From Obrimoposthia wandeli (taxonomy: Eukaryota): a stretch of DNA of 64,000 nt. Each line of letters opens with the position of its first letter. Positions within the stretch are counted from its first letter, which is position 1. Location: contig CDROCS010006174.1 of the NCBI GenBank assembly GCA_977020255.1, forward strand, positions 1-64,000. Reading direction: 5' to 3'. The position numbers and the translations under genes were made by a program. Shown here piece by piece: positions 30,424 to 39,964 of the stretch. A model generated the notes under the pieces. The model made no database searches, was not told the DNA's origin, and saw only the letters and a list, made by a program, of their open reading frames with translations.

Positions 30424-30890
30424 AAGCTTGGTGGCAACAGTTAAATCTTCGCGAGCAACGTTTGGTGATGGCAATGTCAGCCGTTATCGCTGTTTTTGTT
30501 TTATATGGTCTTATTTGGCAACCACTGAATGAGAGTATAGCCGCGAGTAAGTTAAAGCTTGAGCGTCAACAAGCTTTGTTAGCTTGGGTAGAAGAAAACA
30601 CCCAACGTTATCAACAGGCAAAGCGTAACGGCGCTATGAATAGCTCAAGTGCGAGCTTGTCGAGCATTGTTAATCGTACATCGAGAGCAAACGATATAAC
30701 CATTACTCGTATGCAGCCTCAAGGCGATGACCTACAAGTGTGGATTGATGAAATATCATTTAATCAATTATTATCATGGTTAGAGCAATTAGCGAGTAGA
30801 GAGAATCTGCAAGTAAAAAATATTGATTTGAGCTCAGCTGACCAAGAAGGTGTAGTTCGTGTTCGTCGATTACAGTTAGGAAAGAGTTAA
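30420..30890 (+). CDS. gspM: T2SS protein M
   Basis: WWQQLNLREQRL, N-terminal TM, ferredoxin-like C-terminus. Confidence 0.92.
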   Translation: MKAWWQQLNLREQRLVMAMSAVIAVFVLYGLIWQPLNESIAASKLKLERQQALLAWVEENTQRYQQAKRNGAMNSSSASLSSIVNRTSRANDITITRMQPQGDDLQVWIDEISFNQLLSWLEQLASRENLQVKNIDLSSADQEGVVRVRRLQLGKS

Positions 30891-31633
30891 TGAAAAAGAA
30901 GTTTGCTTATACGGCAATGTTTCTGGTCGCGTACAGTATTTTTGTTTTAGCGCTAATGCCCGCCAGTTGGGTTATGACCCAAGTTAAACTACCAAACAAT
31001 ATCGTTGTTGCTGGAGTAGAAGGTACTATTTGGCATACGAGTGTTGGGCAGGTGATGGTTGATGATGTCGTGATTAATAACGTACAGAGCAATTTGTCAG
31101 TGCTATCAGTGTTAATGTTTAACCCTAAGCTTGATATTAACTTTGGGGATGCTTTAGTTACTGGGCCTGAAGGGCAATTGACACTTAGCGGTTTGTTATC
31201 AGAACTTGTCGTTGAAAATGCGCAAGTAAACGTGTCGGCTAACACCGTCGCAGCACGACTTAATTTACCTATTGATGTTATTGCACACGAGCAATTAACG
31301 CTGAATGTGGAACGCTTTGTTATGGGCGCTCCGGTATGTAGTGAGTTAAAAGGTGAATTGCAATGGCGTGATGCTGCTATAACGGCATTTGAAGAAAAAG
31401 TTGAGCTAGGTGGGTTTTTAGCGACATTGAGCTGTGATAAAGGCGAACTTGTTGCTGATGTCGACCCTAAAAATGACTTAGGCCTAAGTTATCGTGCGCA
31501 ATTAAAGCAAGGTGGTCGTTTTACCGGTAGTGGTTATTTAACCCCTGCTGAGAAATTCCCAGAAGCGCTAAAAGCGACATTAAGCTTTTTGGGTAAGCCA
31601 GACAATAAAGGCAGATACCGTTTGAAAATGTAA
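30890..31633 (+). CDS. gspN: T2SS protein N
   Basis: LMPASWV and VEGTIW motifs; last gene of the gsp cluster. Confidence 0.88.
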   Translation: MKKKFAYTAMFLVAYSIFVLALMPASWVMTQVKLPNNIVVAGVEGTIWHTSVGQVMVDDVVINNVQSNLSVLSVLMFNPKLDINFGDALVTGPEGQLTLSGLLSELVVENAQVNVSANTVAARLNLPIDVIAHEQLTLNVERFVMGAPVCSELKGELQWRDAAITAFEEKVELGGFLATLSCDKGELVADVDPKNDLGLSYRAQLKQGGRFTGSGYLTPAEKFPEALKATLSFLGKPDNKGRYRLKM

Positions 31634-31642
31634 CGACACTTT

Positions 31643-31680
31643 TAACAGTCATTAACTGCTAGAAGTGTTAATGACTGTTA
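31643..31680. terminator. Hairpin terminator after gspN
   Basis: TAACAGTCATTAAC...GTTAATGACTGTTA, flanked by T and A runs. Confidence 0.65.
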
Positions 31681-31960
31681 AAAAAACAAAAAGCTTGATT
31701 CAATCAAGCCTTATCTAAATAGCATCCCCCCATTTCAGTGCAAAAGTTCTACCCATACCCGTTACTTATATCCGCTAGTCATATCATTAAGTTAAAGCGC
31801 ATCCCTAGTTTAGCTATATTCTCTTCAGGTATATTTCAGATATCGACAGAGCATTTTATTTACTACAGTCTACATAGTGAAATTAGCTACTAAAACTCAA
31901 CAGTTTTACTCTTTTGAGTTACTATAAACACTTTACGATATAAACGAGTACTGAGCATAT

Positions 31961-32629
31961 ATGTTCGACTGGAAAACAATTAATACTGTCTTGTTAGATA
32001 TGGATGGCACGCTACTAGACCTTCACTTCGACAATTACTTTTGGCAAGAGCACTTGCCTATGCGCTATGCTGAGCAAAATAATATCAGTTTTGATGACGC
32101 TTTAGCCTATATCCAAATAGAAGTAGATAAAGTGGCAGGGCAGATTGAATGGTATTGCTTAGACTTTTGGGCTGAAAAACTAAATTTACCCATTACCAAG
32201 TTAAAGCGTGAGATTAAAGATAAAATATCTTTGCGACCTGATACCTTACCTTTTTTAGATGCGCTTAAAAAAGCCGGTAAAGAAGTGGTACTTGTGACGA
32301 ATGCACATCCAGATAGCTTGTCATTAAAGGTTGAGAGAACCGCTTTAGATAGTCACATCGACCGCTTAATTTCCACTCATCAGTATGGTGTAACGAAGGA
32401 ATCTCAACGACTTTGGCAGGCGTTACAAGCAGACTTGAACTTTGATAACAACAGCACCTTGTTTGTTGATGATAGTCTCGTTATTTTAGATAGCGCGAAA
32501 ACCTTTGGTATTAAACACATTTTAGCCGTAGCGAATCCAGATCTACAAAGTAAGGTTGTCGATAAAGAAAAGTTTATCAACTACCCTTATATCACTGACT
32601 ATCGAGATATTATTGCTGATATTTGTTAG
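31961..32629 (+). CDS. yrfG: GMP/IMP nucleotidase (HAD family)
   Basis: DMDGTLLDLHFDNYFW and LVTNAHP motifs. Confidence 0.9.
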   Translation: MFDWKTINTVLLDMDGTLLDLHFDNYFWQEHLPMRYAEQNNISFDDALAYIQIEVDKVAGQIEWYCLDFWAEKLNLPITKLKREIKDKISLRPDTLPFLDALKKAGKEVVLVTNAHPDSLSLKVERTALDSHIDRLISTHQYGVTKESQRLWQALQADLNFDNNSTLFVDDSLVILDSAKTFGIKHILAVANPDLQSKVVDKEKFINYPYITDYRDIIADIC

Positions 32630-32919
32630 CGGTATCCTTTATGTTTAGCTAATTGTTAATCGTGGCTATGAACTTATCGGTGGGGCAGGCTAAAGTTGGG
32701 TGAGAACGAAACGAAAGTGCAAGTAACGATCTCTCATGAAATAGTTGTTGTTTTTGTGTAATCAAGCATAGATTTTATCCTAGAAACACGTTTATTATAG
32801 GTCTATTCCAAAGAGTCTAGTGGCGTATTCGATGTCTCTAACGTTTGTTAGATTTTAGCTTGCTGTTTATTTTTGTTCTAAACATATCGAATACTTAAGC
32901 TGTTGCAATAAAGGGCGTT

Positions 32920-33477
32920 ATGACAACAAAAAAAGTACTACCGCAAATTACTGCGCGCAAGCAGGTTGCCAAAAGCCGCTTATTTGCTATTGAGCAAATC
33001 GACTTAACGTTTACCAATGGTGAAAATAGAGAATACGAACGTATGTCTGGCACCGGAAGAGGTGCGGTCATGATTGTTCCTATGCTCGATGCAGACACTA
33101 TGTTACTGGTGCGAGAATATTGTGCCGGTACACATGCTTATGAATTAGGTTTCCCCAAGGGGCTGATTGATGCTGGCGAAAGTGCAGCAGAAGCGGCTAA
33201 CCGAGAGCTAAAAGAAGAAATTGGCTACGGTGCTGAAAAACTTACCCTAGTACATACTGTTGCCATGGCACCGGCATTTTTTGATGCTCAAATGACCATT
33301 TTTCTCGCTGAAAATCTCTATGCTGAAAAGCTTGTTGGTGATGAACCCGAAGCACTAGAAATAGTACCTTGGTCATTAGCCAATTACCGTCAGTTATTAC
33401 AAGAGCCAGACTTTAATGAAGCACGTAGTCTCGCAGCATTATTATTAGTTAAAGATCAATTGGGAGGTATTTCATGA
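32920..33477 (+). CDS. nudE: ADP compounds hydrolase NudE
   Basis: Nudix box GLIDAGESAAEAANRELKEEIG; SRLFAIEQIDLTF. Confidence 0.92.
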   Translation: MTTKKVLPQITARKQVAKSRLFAIEQIDLTFTNGENREYERMSGTGRGAVMIVPMLDADTMLLVREYCAGTHAYELGFPKGLIDAGESAAEAANRELKEEIGYGAEKLTLVHTVAMAPAFFDAQMTIFLAENLYAEKLVGDEPEALEIVPWSLANYRQLLQEPDFNEARSLAALLLVKDQLGGIS

Positions 33478-34292
33478 GCCCGGAAATGTTACTGTCAGTG
33501 GCACTTGAAAGTGCCAAAAAAGCCGGGCAAGAAGTCGCCCGCTATTATAAAAAAGGTGATTTCACCGCCGAAATGAAAGCTGATAACAGTCCAGTAACCT
33601 GCGCCGATATTGCCGCTAATGACGTTTTAATGGATGCGCTAAAAACGTTAACACCTGATATTCCGATTATTTCTGAAGAAGTGGGTACCGTCACGCTAAC
33701 TGAGCGCAGTAAATGGTCTCGCTACTGGTTATTAGACCCAATCGATGGCACCGGTGAGTTTATTATTGGTAGCGGTGACTTTGCGGTGAACGTGGCGTTA
33801 ATAGAGAATGGTTGGCCAAGCATTGGGGTTATACATGCGCCTGATCATCAACTGACCTATTATGCTCAAAACAATTTAGGCGCTTACAAAGAAAACGATA
33901 TTGCTAGCCACAGAATCAGAGTGGCGGAATATGATGGTCAACGCCGGATAAAAGTGGCGATTAGTCGTCGACAAGATATTAATCTCATGGGGCAGTACTT
34001 AAATGACGATTATGAGTATGATCGTGTTGCTTTGGGCAGTTGCTCGTTAAAAAATTGTTTAATTGCTGAAGGGGGCGCGGATTGTTATTTGCGTGTCGGT
34101 CCAACAGGTGAGTGGGATACGGGCGCGAGCCATTGTATTTTAGAGCAAGCTGGCGGTAGTATTATTGATAGTGAATTTAATCCATTAACTTATAACCAGC
34201 GTGATACCTTAATGCAGCCTGATTTTTTATCACTAGGTAACAAACAAATCCCTTGGCATAATATTATTAAGCCACACCGAGCTACACGCTAA
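33474..34292 (+). CDS. cysQ: 3'(2'),5'-bisphosphate nucleotidase
   Basis: SPVTCAD, ISEE, LDPIDGT and EWDTGA motifs. Confidence 0.92.
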   Translation: MSPEMLLSVALESAKKAGQEVARYYKKGDFTAEMKADNSPVTCADIAANDVLMDALKTLTPDIPIISEEVGTVTLTERSKWSRYWLLDPIDGTGEFIIGSGDFAVNVALIENGWPSIGVIHAPDHQLTYYAQNNLGAYKENDIASHRIRVAEYDGQRRIKVAISRRQDINLMGQYLNDDYEYDRVALGSCSLKNCLIAEGGADCYLRVGPTGEWDTGASHCILEQAGGSIIDSEFNPLTYNQRDTLMQPDFLSLGNKQIPWHNIIKPHRATR

Positions 34293-34385
34293 ATTCTGAT
34301 ACTAATACAAGCCTAAGCACTGACGTTAATGTTCATTACTTAGGCACAACCGTTAGATGAAAACCTAATATACATGGAGTGCATT

Positions 34386-34970
34386 ATGCGCCAAACAGCT
34401 TTAATTTCCATCGTCCTACTTGTTACCGCTATGACCAGTTTTCCTACGCTAGCGGCGTGGAAACTTGATAATTCTTCTTCTGATCTTACATTTATCTCGG
34501 TTAAAAAAGGCACGATTGCAGAAAATCATCACTTCGCAGCCATTGCTGGCACTATTGATGAGCAAGCTAAAGTAAAGGTTAGTGTTGATCTAGCCAGTGT
34601 GAATACTAATATTGCGATTCGTGACGAACGCATGAAACAGTTTGTTTTTGAAACCAGCAAATACAGTTCAGCCAATTTTACTGCACAACTTGATCAATCA
34701 ATGCTGGCAACGTTAAGCGTTGGTGACAACAAACAGCTAATGGTCAATGGTCAGATTGATTTTCATGGTTTACAGCAGGATGTTGCTCTTGAGTTGAGTG
34801 TTAGCCGTTTATCAGATAATAAAATTATCGTTAATACCGTAAAGCCATTCTTTATTAAAGCCGATGCTTTTGGCGTTGTCGCTGGTATTACTAAGCTCAA
34901 AGAATTAGCCGCACTACCAAGCATTGATTATGTAGTACCGGTAAGCTTCTCAGTAACCTTTATCCGTTAA
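34386..34970 (+). CDS. YceI-family periplasmic lipocalin-like protein
   Basis: Signal peptide, VNTNIAIRDERM, LAALPSI motifs. Confidence 0.85.
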   Translation: MRQTALISIVLLVTAMTSFPTLAAWKLDNSSSDLTFISVKKGTIAENHHFAAIAGTIDEQAKVKVSVDLASVNTNIAIRDERMKQFVFETSKYSSANFTAQLDQSMLATLSVGDNKQLMVNGQIDFHGLQQDVALELSVSRLSDNKIIVNTVKPFFIKADAFGVVAGITKLKELAALPSIDYVVPVSFSVTFIR

Positions 34971-34996
34971 CATTCGCTATAAAGTTGTAAATCTAC

Positions 34997-35022
34997 AAGG
35001 CACTTATTCAGTGCCTTTTTTT
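34997..35022 (+). terminator. Rho-independent terminator
   Basis: AAGGCACT-TATTC-AGTGCCTTTTTT. Confidence 0.7.
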
Positions 35023-35260
35023 ATTCTGTTGTTTCTTCTGCGTCTGCAACAAATTGATCTGCTGGCATAATATTAACGGTTTCATGTAGTTCAGAATAAA
35101 CCAGTAATGCTGAACCTTGCTTTAATTGCTGATGAACTTGCGTAATTTTATCATTTAACGAAACATCTTCGCTGCCATATTCTGTACCTTCTCGAAGGAC
35201 AAAATTTTCAATAATCGAACTTAAAGTTTCAGGTGATAATTGTTCTAATGGAATAATCAT
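35021..35260 (-). CDS. yheU: YheU family protein
   Basis: MIIP...[14 protein letters not shown]. Confidence 0.9.
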   Translation of the reverse strand: MIIPLEQLSPETLSSIIENFVLREGTEYGSEDVSLNDKITQVHQQLKQGSALLVYSELHETVNIMPADQFVADAEETTE

Positions 35261-36228
35261 AAATAGCTCGTAAAAAACTCAGGAATGCGTTGCTCAAGCC
35301 AATATTGCGGCTTGAACGGGTTTTTGCCACTAATAAAGCCAACATGACCGCCTCGTTCGCTCACTTCAAAAATAATATGTTTGGGTAGTGTCGAGATAGC
35401 GGTAGTGTTTTTATGGCAGAGAAAAGGATCGTCACTAGCGTGAATGATCAAGCATGGCGGTAATATATGTTTGAGAACATCACGACCACTCGATTTTTGG
35501 TAATAATCGTTAGCATCTTTAAAGCCATTAATAGGCGCTGTGATCATTTGATCAAAGTCTCGAATCGAACGTAAACTATCTAAATTTTTTCTATCGATAT
35601 TATCTAATAACTTCGCATCTATTTTTTCTACCGTGCTTGCACGCAGCATATCAACCAGATATTTTTGATAAACACGAGAAAACCCTTGGTTGATTCTGTC
35701 GCAGCAACTGGATAAATCAAGTGGGGCACATATAACACAGGCCGCTTGGTAAATGCTTTGCTTTTGCTCTGCAAGGTATTTTGCTAAAACGTTACCACCT
35801 AATGAAAAACCAATAATTGCTTTTTTTGCTTCAGGGTAACTCGTCGCAATATATTGGCTAAAATAATCTACATCACATGTTTGGCCGCTATGATAAGACT
35901 TTGCCATGCGATTTGGGCGACCACTGCAACCACGAAAGTGCATTAAAACGCCGACCCAACCTTTTGCCTTGATGGCCGATAACATACCTTTAGCATAATG
36001 ACTGTTTTTTGAGCCTTCTAAACCATGTAACACCGCAACAATAGGGCGATTACATGTGGCATTAACTTTTTCAGTCCACGCCAAATCAATAAAGTCACCA
36101 TCGGGTAACTCTAACGTTTCGTTAAATGTTTTAATGGTGTGATGACGCCTAAAAAATTTGGCGGCAATCGTTTGTAGGTGAGGGTTTTTCAGCCACCAAG
36201 CCGGGCTAAAAGTACTTTTGGTAAACAT
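35257..36228 (-). CDS. yheT: YheT-family alpha/beta hydrolase
   Basis: NPHLQT, HGLEGS, GFSLGG and GGHVGF motifs. Confidence 0.9.
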   Translation of the reverse strand: MFTKSTFSPAWWLKNPHLQTIAAKFFRRHHTIKTFNETLELPDGDFIDLAWTEKVNATCNRPIVAVLHGLEGSKNSHYAKGMLSAIKAKGWVGVLMHFRGCSGRPNRMAKSYHSGQTCDVDYFSQYIATSYPEAKKAIIGFSLGGNVLAKYLAEQKQSIYQAACVICAPLDLSSCCDRINQGFSRVYQKYLVDMLRASTVEKIDAKLLDNIDRKNLDSLRSIRDFDQMITAPINGFKDANDYYQKSSGRDVLKHILPPCLIIHASDDPFLCHKNTTAISTLPKHIIFEVSERGGHVGFISGKNPFKPQYWLEQRIPEFFTSYL

Positions 36229-36436
36229 AACGTGGTAATAGTGCGTAATACAAAAAGTTATTGTACGTTAAAAAACCGCTAATGCCCACTGCTAGCAAAA
36301 TGGTGAAACCATAGGCAGTAGCAGCGAGATGCGTGTTTAAAATAGCTAAACAGTTATATAAACTGTAAACAGAGATGACTTTTGTTGAATTTTAGTTTTA
36401 TTATCTTCACATGACTTAAGCGTGGCTCTGCTCTGA

Positions 36437-36571
36437 TTAACTATTGGTGTCTTCACTGATGTGTTTTAAAAAGTAGTAAATATAAAAACCACCAATGCCT
36501 AATAGAATACCTAAGCCAGCAAAAGAGTAAAGTACAACAGGGTCGTTGAGTAGCATATCTATAATGTTCAT
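36437..36571 (-). CDS. 44-aa single-TM protein, DUF3149-like (not in the ORF track)
   Basis: MNIIDMLLNDPVVLYSFAGLGILLGIGGFYIYYFLKHISEDTNS*; GGAG RBS 6 nt upstream. Confidence 0.75.
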   Translation of the reverse strand: MNIIDMLLNDPVVLYSFAGLGILLGIGGFYIYYFLKHISEDTNS

Positions 36572-36616
36572 AATTCGCTCCAGAATGTATCGAAATAATA
36601 ATTAGGTGATAACGCT

Positions 36617-36658
36617 ATTGTAAATAATAACGCTACGCTACTTATTGATTTAGATCAC
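36617..36658 (-). promoter_or_regulatory. Class II FNR/CRP-type promoter
   Basis: TTGAT-TTAG-ATCAC (36645-36658) is centred at -41.5 relative to a TSS at ~36610 implied by the -10 TACAAT (36622-36617). Confidence 0.65.
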
Positions 36659-36760
36659 TGTCGCGGTCACTTTATCGTAATTGGAATATGATATTGAGTG
36701 TTTGCCTTTTCTCGTAAGTACTCTGAAAAATTAAAGTAATCGTTAAGCCGAAGGCAGGTC

Positions 36761-38104
36761 CTAAAAAACAATTTCTAGTGCAATTGGCACTACCAATACC
36801 ACTGCGCAGGTATACGCTAAGCGCTGACTGAATACGCTGTCAGTTTTTTTCATTCGCAGACCAAAACAAGGCCTTAATATATTAATTCGTTTAATAATTT
36901 CAAAACTTAAGACACAAGCTAAACATGTGGCTAATATCAGTATTGAGGCTTCCAATACTGCGCCCAAGTGTAGAGCGGAAAGATAATAGCCGAACACAAT
37001 AATGAATGTTTGATGCAATATGTAAAAAGTATAAACCGCCGTATTTAAATAATTTAAATACGGCGAATTTTTATTTAAATATTTGCAAGCTATGCTAAAT
37101 AACAATAAAACACCCAGTATGCTTAACACGCTATAAATGACAGTCCCTAGCATTAATACCAAAGCTGAGTAGCTGCCCGGTGTTATTTTCTCTACCGACC
37201 AAACCTGATGGTAAAAATAGATAACACAGACATAAGCCAGAATGAAGCTAAAAATTAATCCGCTTGAATTAACTTGCAAGCGTCGCCAAAAATTTGGTTG
37301 CCAACCAATAACATAGCCATAGAGCATAAAGGTAAAGCCTAACGGATAGCGCACTTCACTGGTTTGCCAATTAAGTTCAATAATCACTAAGGGTAAAGCC
37401 GCTAGCACAATAGCAATAAACGCTCGCTGCTTGAATATGGTATCACTTAAGCTTTCAACCCAAGACGAATTAAGTAAAGGTGAAATACACAGGATAACTA
37501 ATGAGTATTGCCAAAGTGAGCGAAGAAACCAGAGGTGATTAACGTCGATATGCGGCCAAATTCCAGCTTGGTACTGTGCAAATATGCCAGTGCCATCGTC
37601 TTCGCTGAAAAATACACGAATGAATTGCCAATAGCTGATATTAAGGTCGCCATTACTGGTCATCTCAATATACAGCTGAGGCGGTACAATAACGAGAATA
37701 CCGAATAATAAGGGTAATAAAATTCGTAACGTACGTAAGCTAATAAAATGCCAAATTGAAACTTTTGCCATAATAAAGCGCATAGCAATACCAGAAATCA
37801 GCCACAGTAAAGGCATACGCCAAGGAGCGATAATAAGCAGAATGTTTTCTAGAAAAGCAGAGCGATACTGGCTTTTAATATGCCAGCCCCAGTTTTCCAC
37901 ATAGAACATGCCGCAATGAAATAAAATTAAAAAAGCGAAGGCTATCACCCTTAGCCAGTCAATGTCATATCGCCTTACGGGCATGTTGCTTGAGTCAGGA
38001 ATAAATAGTTTAACGAGTGTGGGAATAAAATGTTTCAGCATAAAGCTAAGAACTCTAATAACTTGTGATGCAGACATCTTCACTGATACACTCGCTAAAT
38101 ACAT
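36761..38104 (-). CDS. Acyltransferase-3 family (OpgC/MdoC-like) membrane protein
   Basis: RRYDIDWLRV, WRMPLLWLISG, HLWFL and YILHQT motifs; about 10 TM segments. True start may be downstream (~38041). Confidence 0.85.
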   Translation of the reverse strand: MYLASVSVKMSASQVIRVLSFMLKHFIPTLVKLFIPDSSNMPVRRYDIDWLRVIAFAFLILFHCGMFYVENWGWHIKSQYRSAFLENILLIIAPWRMPLLWLISGIAMRFIMAKVSIWHFISLRTLRILLPLLFGILVIVPPQLYIEMTSNGDLNISYWQFIRVFFSEDDGTGIFAQYQAGIWPHIDVNHLWFLRSLWQYSLVILCISPLLNSSWVESLSDTIFKQRAFIAIVLAALPLVIIELNWQTSEVRYPLGFTFMLYGYVIGWQPNFWRRLQVNSSGLIFSFILAYVCVIYFYHQVWSVEKITPGSYSALVLMLGTVIYSVLSILGVLLLFSIACKYLNKNSPYLNYLNTAVYTFYILHQTFIIVFGYYLSALHLGAVLEASILILATCLACVLSFEIIKRINILRPCFGLRMKKTDSVFSQRLAYTCAVVLVVPIALEIVF

Positions 38105-38186
38105 GCCTTAAAGGCTGTAAAAACAATGAGTAGGGACAAGAGGCGATATAGAGGGATAAAAACTCTTGCCCAGGGGAAAGTATGTT

Positions 38187-39068
38187 ATGAATAAGCTATT
38201 ACATTTTCAAAAATATAAACTTCGGTATGAAATTTTAATCTTCATCAGCTATTTTTTTATTAATAGTAGCTTACTTGCTAGCTCTGAAATTATGGAAGCG
38301 CAACGTGAAGATCCCTCACTTCCCTTTGCACTATGGGAACCCTTCGTATGGGAATATTCCAGTGCTATAAGTACCTTAGTATTATTACCTTTTATTTTTA
38401 TGTTGCTGCGAATTATGCCTTTTAATTGGCAGGCTATTAGATATTCATTATTACAATACTTTGTTGCAGCTACGGTGTTTTCATTACTACATGTCGGCAT
38501 TATGGTCGCGCTCAGGAAGTTATTTTATGTTGCCGTGCAGCGTAGTTATGATTTTGGCCATGTAGGTACTGAGCTTTTTTACGAATACCGTAAAGATCTC
38601 TGGGGTTTTATTTTCTTAATTATCTTTTTACAAGGATACCACTTTATTTTGGCACGCTTGCAAGGTGAGGCTAACCCCGTAGCCCAAAGTGAAAAAGAAA
38701 GTGAGAACGACACTAACCTTCTGCCGGCGCTAAAATCTATTGATCGCTTGTTAATCAAAAAATTAGGCAAAGAGTTTATTATCAAGATAACGGATGTTGA
38801 ATGGTTAGAGTCAGCGGGAAATTATGTCAATTTGCATATTGATGGCCGTATTTATCCGATACGAGCAACATTAACGCAGTTAAGTGAGCAAATAGCTGAT
38901 AAAGGTTTTTGTCGTATTCATCGCTCGCACGCCATTAATGTAAACTTTGTCGAGTCGATTACCCCCTTGAGTAGTGGTGACAGTGAAGTTAAATTAAAAA
39001 ACGGTAAGCATTTAAACTTGTCTAGACGCTATAAAGATAACTTTAAAACGCTGCTATCGGGTGATTAA
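38187..39068 (+). CDS. Membrane-bound one-component LytTR transcriptional regulator
   Basis: N-terminal TM helices (PFVWEYSSA), C-terminal LytTR (SAGNYVNLH, RIHRSHAIN, LSRRYK). Confidence 0.85.
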   Translation: MNKLLHFQKYKLRYEILIFISYFFINSSLLASSEIMEAQREDPSLPFALWEPFVWEYSSAISTLVLLPFIFMLLRIMPFNWQAIRYSLLQYFVAATVFSLLHVGIMVALRKLFYVAVQRSYDFGHVGTELFYEYRKDLWGFIFLIIFLQGYHFILARLQGEANPVAQSEKESENDTNLLPALKSIDRLLIKKLGKEFIIKITDVEWLESAGNYVNLHIDGRIYPIRATLTQLSEQIADKGFCRIHRSHAINVNFVESITPLSSGDSEVKLKNGKHLNLSRRYKDNFKTLLSGD

Positions 39069-39153
39069 ATAACCCCGCTGATACTATGCGGGGCTGTCCT
39101 TTCAATCGCGTGTTTCTAGCAGATGCTGATAACGCGGCATTCCAATGCGTATG

Positions 39154-39882
39154 TTATAAATATTTCTTTAATTTTAAGTCACGTTGCTTGACTATTTTTT
39201 CATGAATAACATCCGCTTTTTCTCGGGCAACTTTAATGTCTTCTATGCTTAACTTATGCTCGTCCATGTCGCGGCTTTTTACTGCGGCTTGATAACCATT
39301 TCTCGCTGAAATAGTATTCCAAATGTAAGACATTTCAGTGCTTTGAGGAACACCTTCACCTTCAAAATACATTAAGGCTAGGTTAAATTGAGCTAGCGCG
39401 TAGTTTTGATCTGCAGCTTTTTGATACCAACGTGATGCGAGTAAATAATTACGTGGTACACCATAACCGTTATACAGCATCACGCCTAAATTATATTGTG
39501 CACGCGCTAAGTCTTTATTGGCGGCTTTTTCCATTAAGGCATAGGCTGTTTTTAGATCTTTTTTAGTGGCTTCGCCTTCACTATAAAGTAACGAAAGATC
39601 AAATAAGGCTTCTGAATAGTTTTGTGCTGCGGCTAAGTTAAATAATTCTAAAGCTTTTTTCGCATTTTTAGCCACACCGTAACCATTTAAATAAACTAAA
39701 CCCATTTGGTATTGTGCTGGCGCATATTGCTCAGCAACTAAAGGTTCAAATTCGGCGATAGCGGCTTTAAATTCACCACGATTGAGTTCATATATACCTA
39801 GATCTAGGTCGGCAGTGTATGCCGAACCTTGCGCGAATAGAGCAATACTAAGCGCGAGTAAGGTTAATTTTTTCATTATCAT
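39154..39882 (-). CDS. Exported Sel1-repeat protein
   Basis: Signal peptide and repeats AQYQMGLVYLNGYGV, AQYNLGVMLYNGYGV, AQFNLALMYFEGEGV. Confidence 0.9.
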   Translation of the reverse strand: MIMKKLTLLALSIALFAQGSAYTADLDLGIYELNRGEFKAAIAEFEPLVAEQYAPAQYQMGLVYLNGYGVAKNAKKALELFNLAAAQNYSEALFDLSLLYSEGEATKKDLKTAYALMEKAANKDLARAQYNLGVMLYNGYGVPRNYLLASRWYQKAADQNYALAQFNLALMYFEGEGVPQSTEMSYIWNTISARNGYQAAVKSRDMDEHKLSIEDIKVAREKADVIHEKIVKQRDLKLKKYL

Positions 39883-39964
39883 CTCCTATAGTCTGATGTT
39901 GTCACTATGAGAGAATGTGACAACTTAATATGCTGCGATAATTTAAGTGTAGCAATAAAACGTA

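Noticed and set aside
19979-31633. T2SS cluster as a novel system
   Set aside because: Standard gspC-N order in its usual hslR/hslO and nudE/cysQ context; nothing atypical seen.
31690-31735. sigma32 promoter for yrfG (CCCCAT present)
   Set aside because: No CTTGAA -35 at 13-17 bp spacing.
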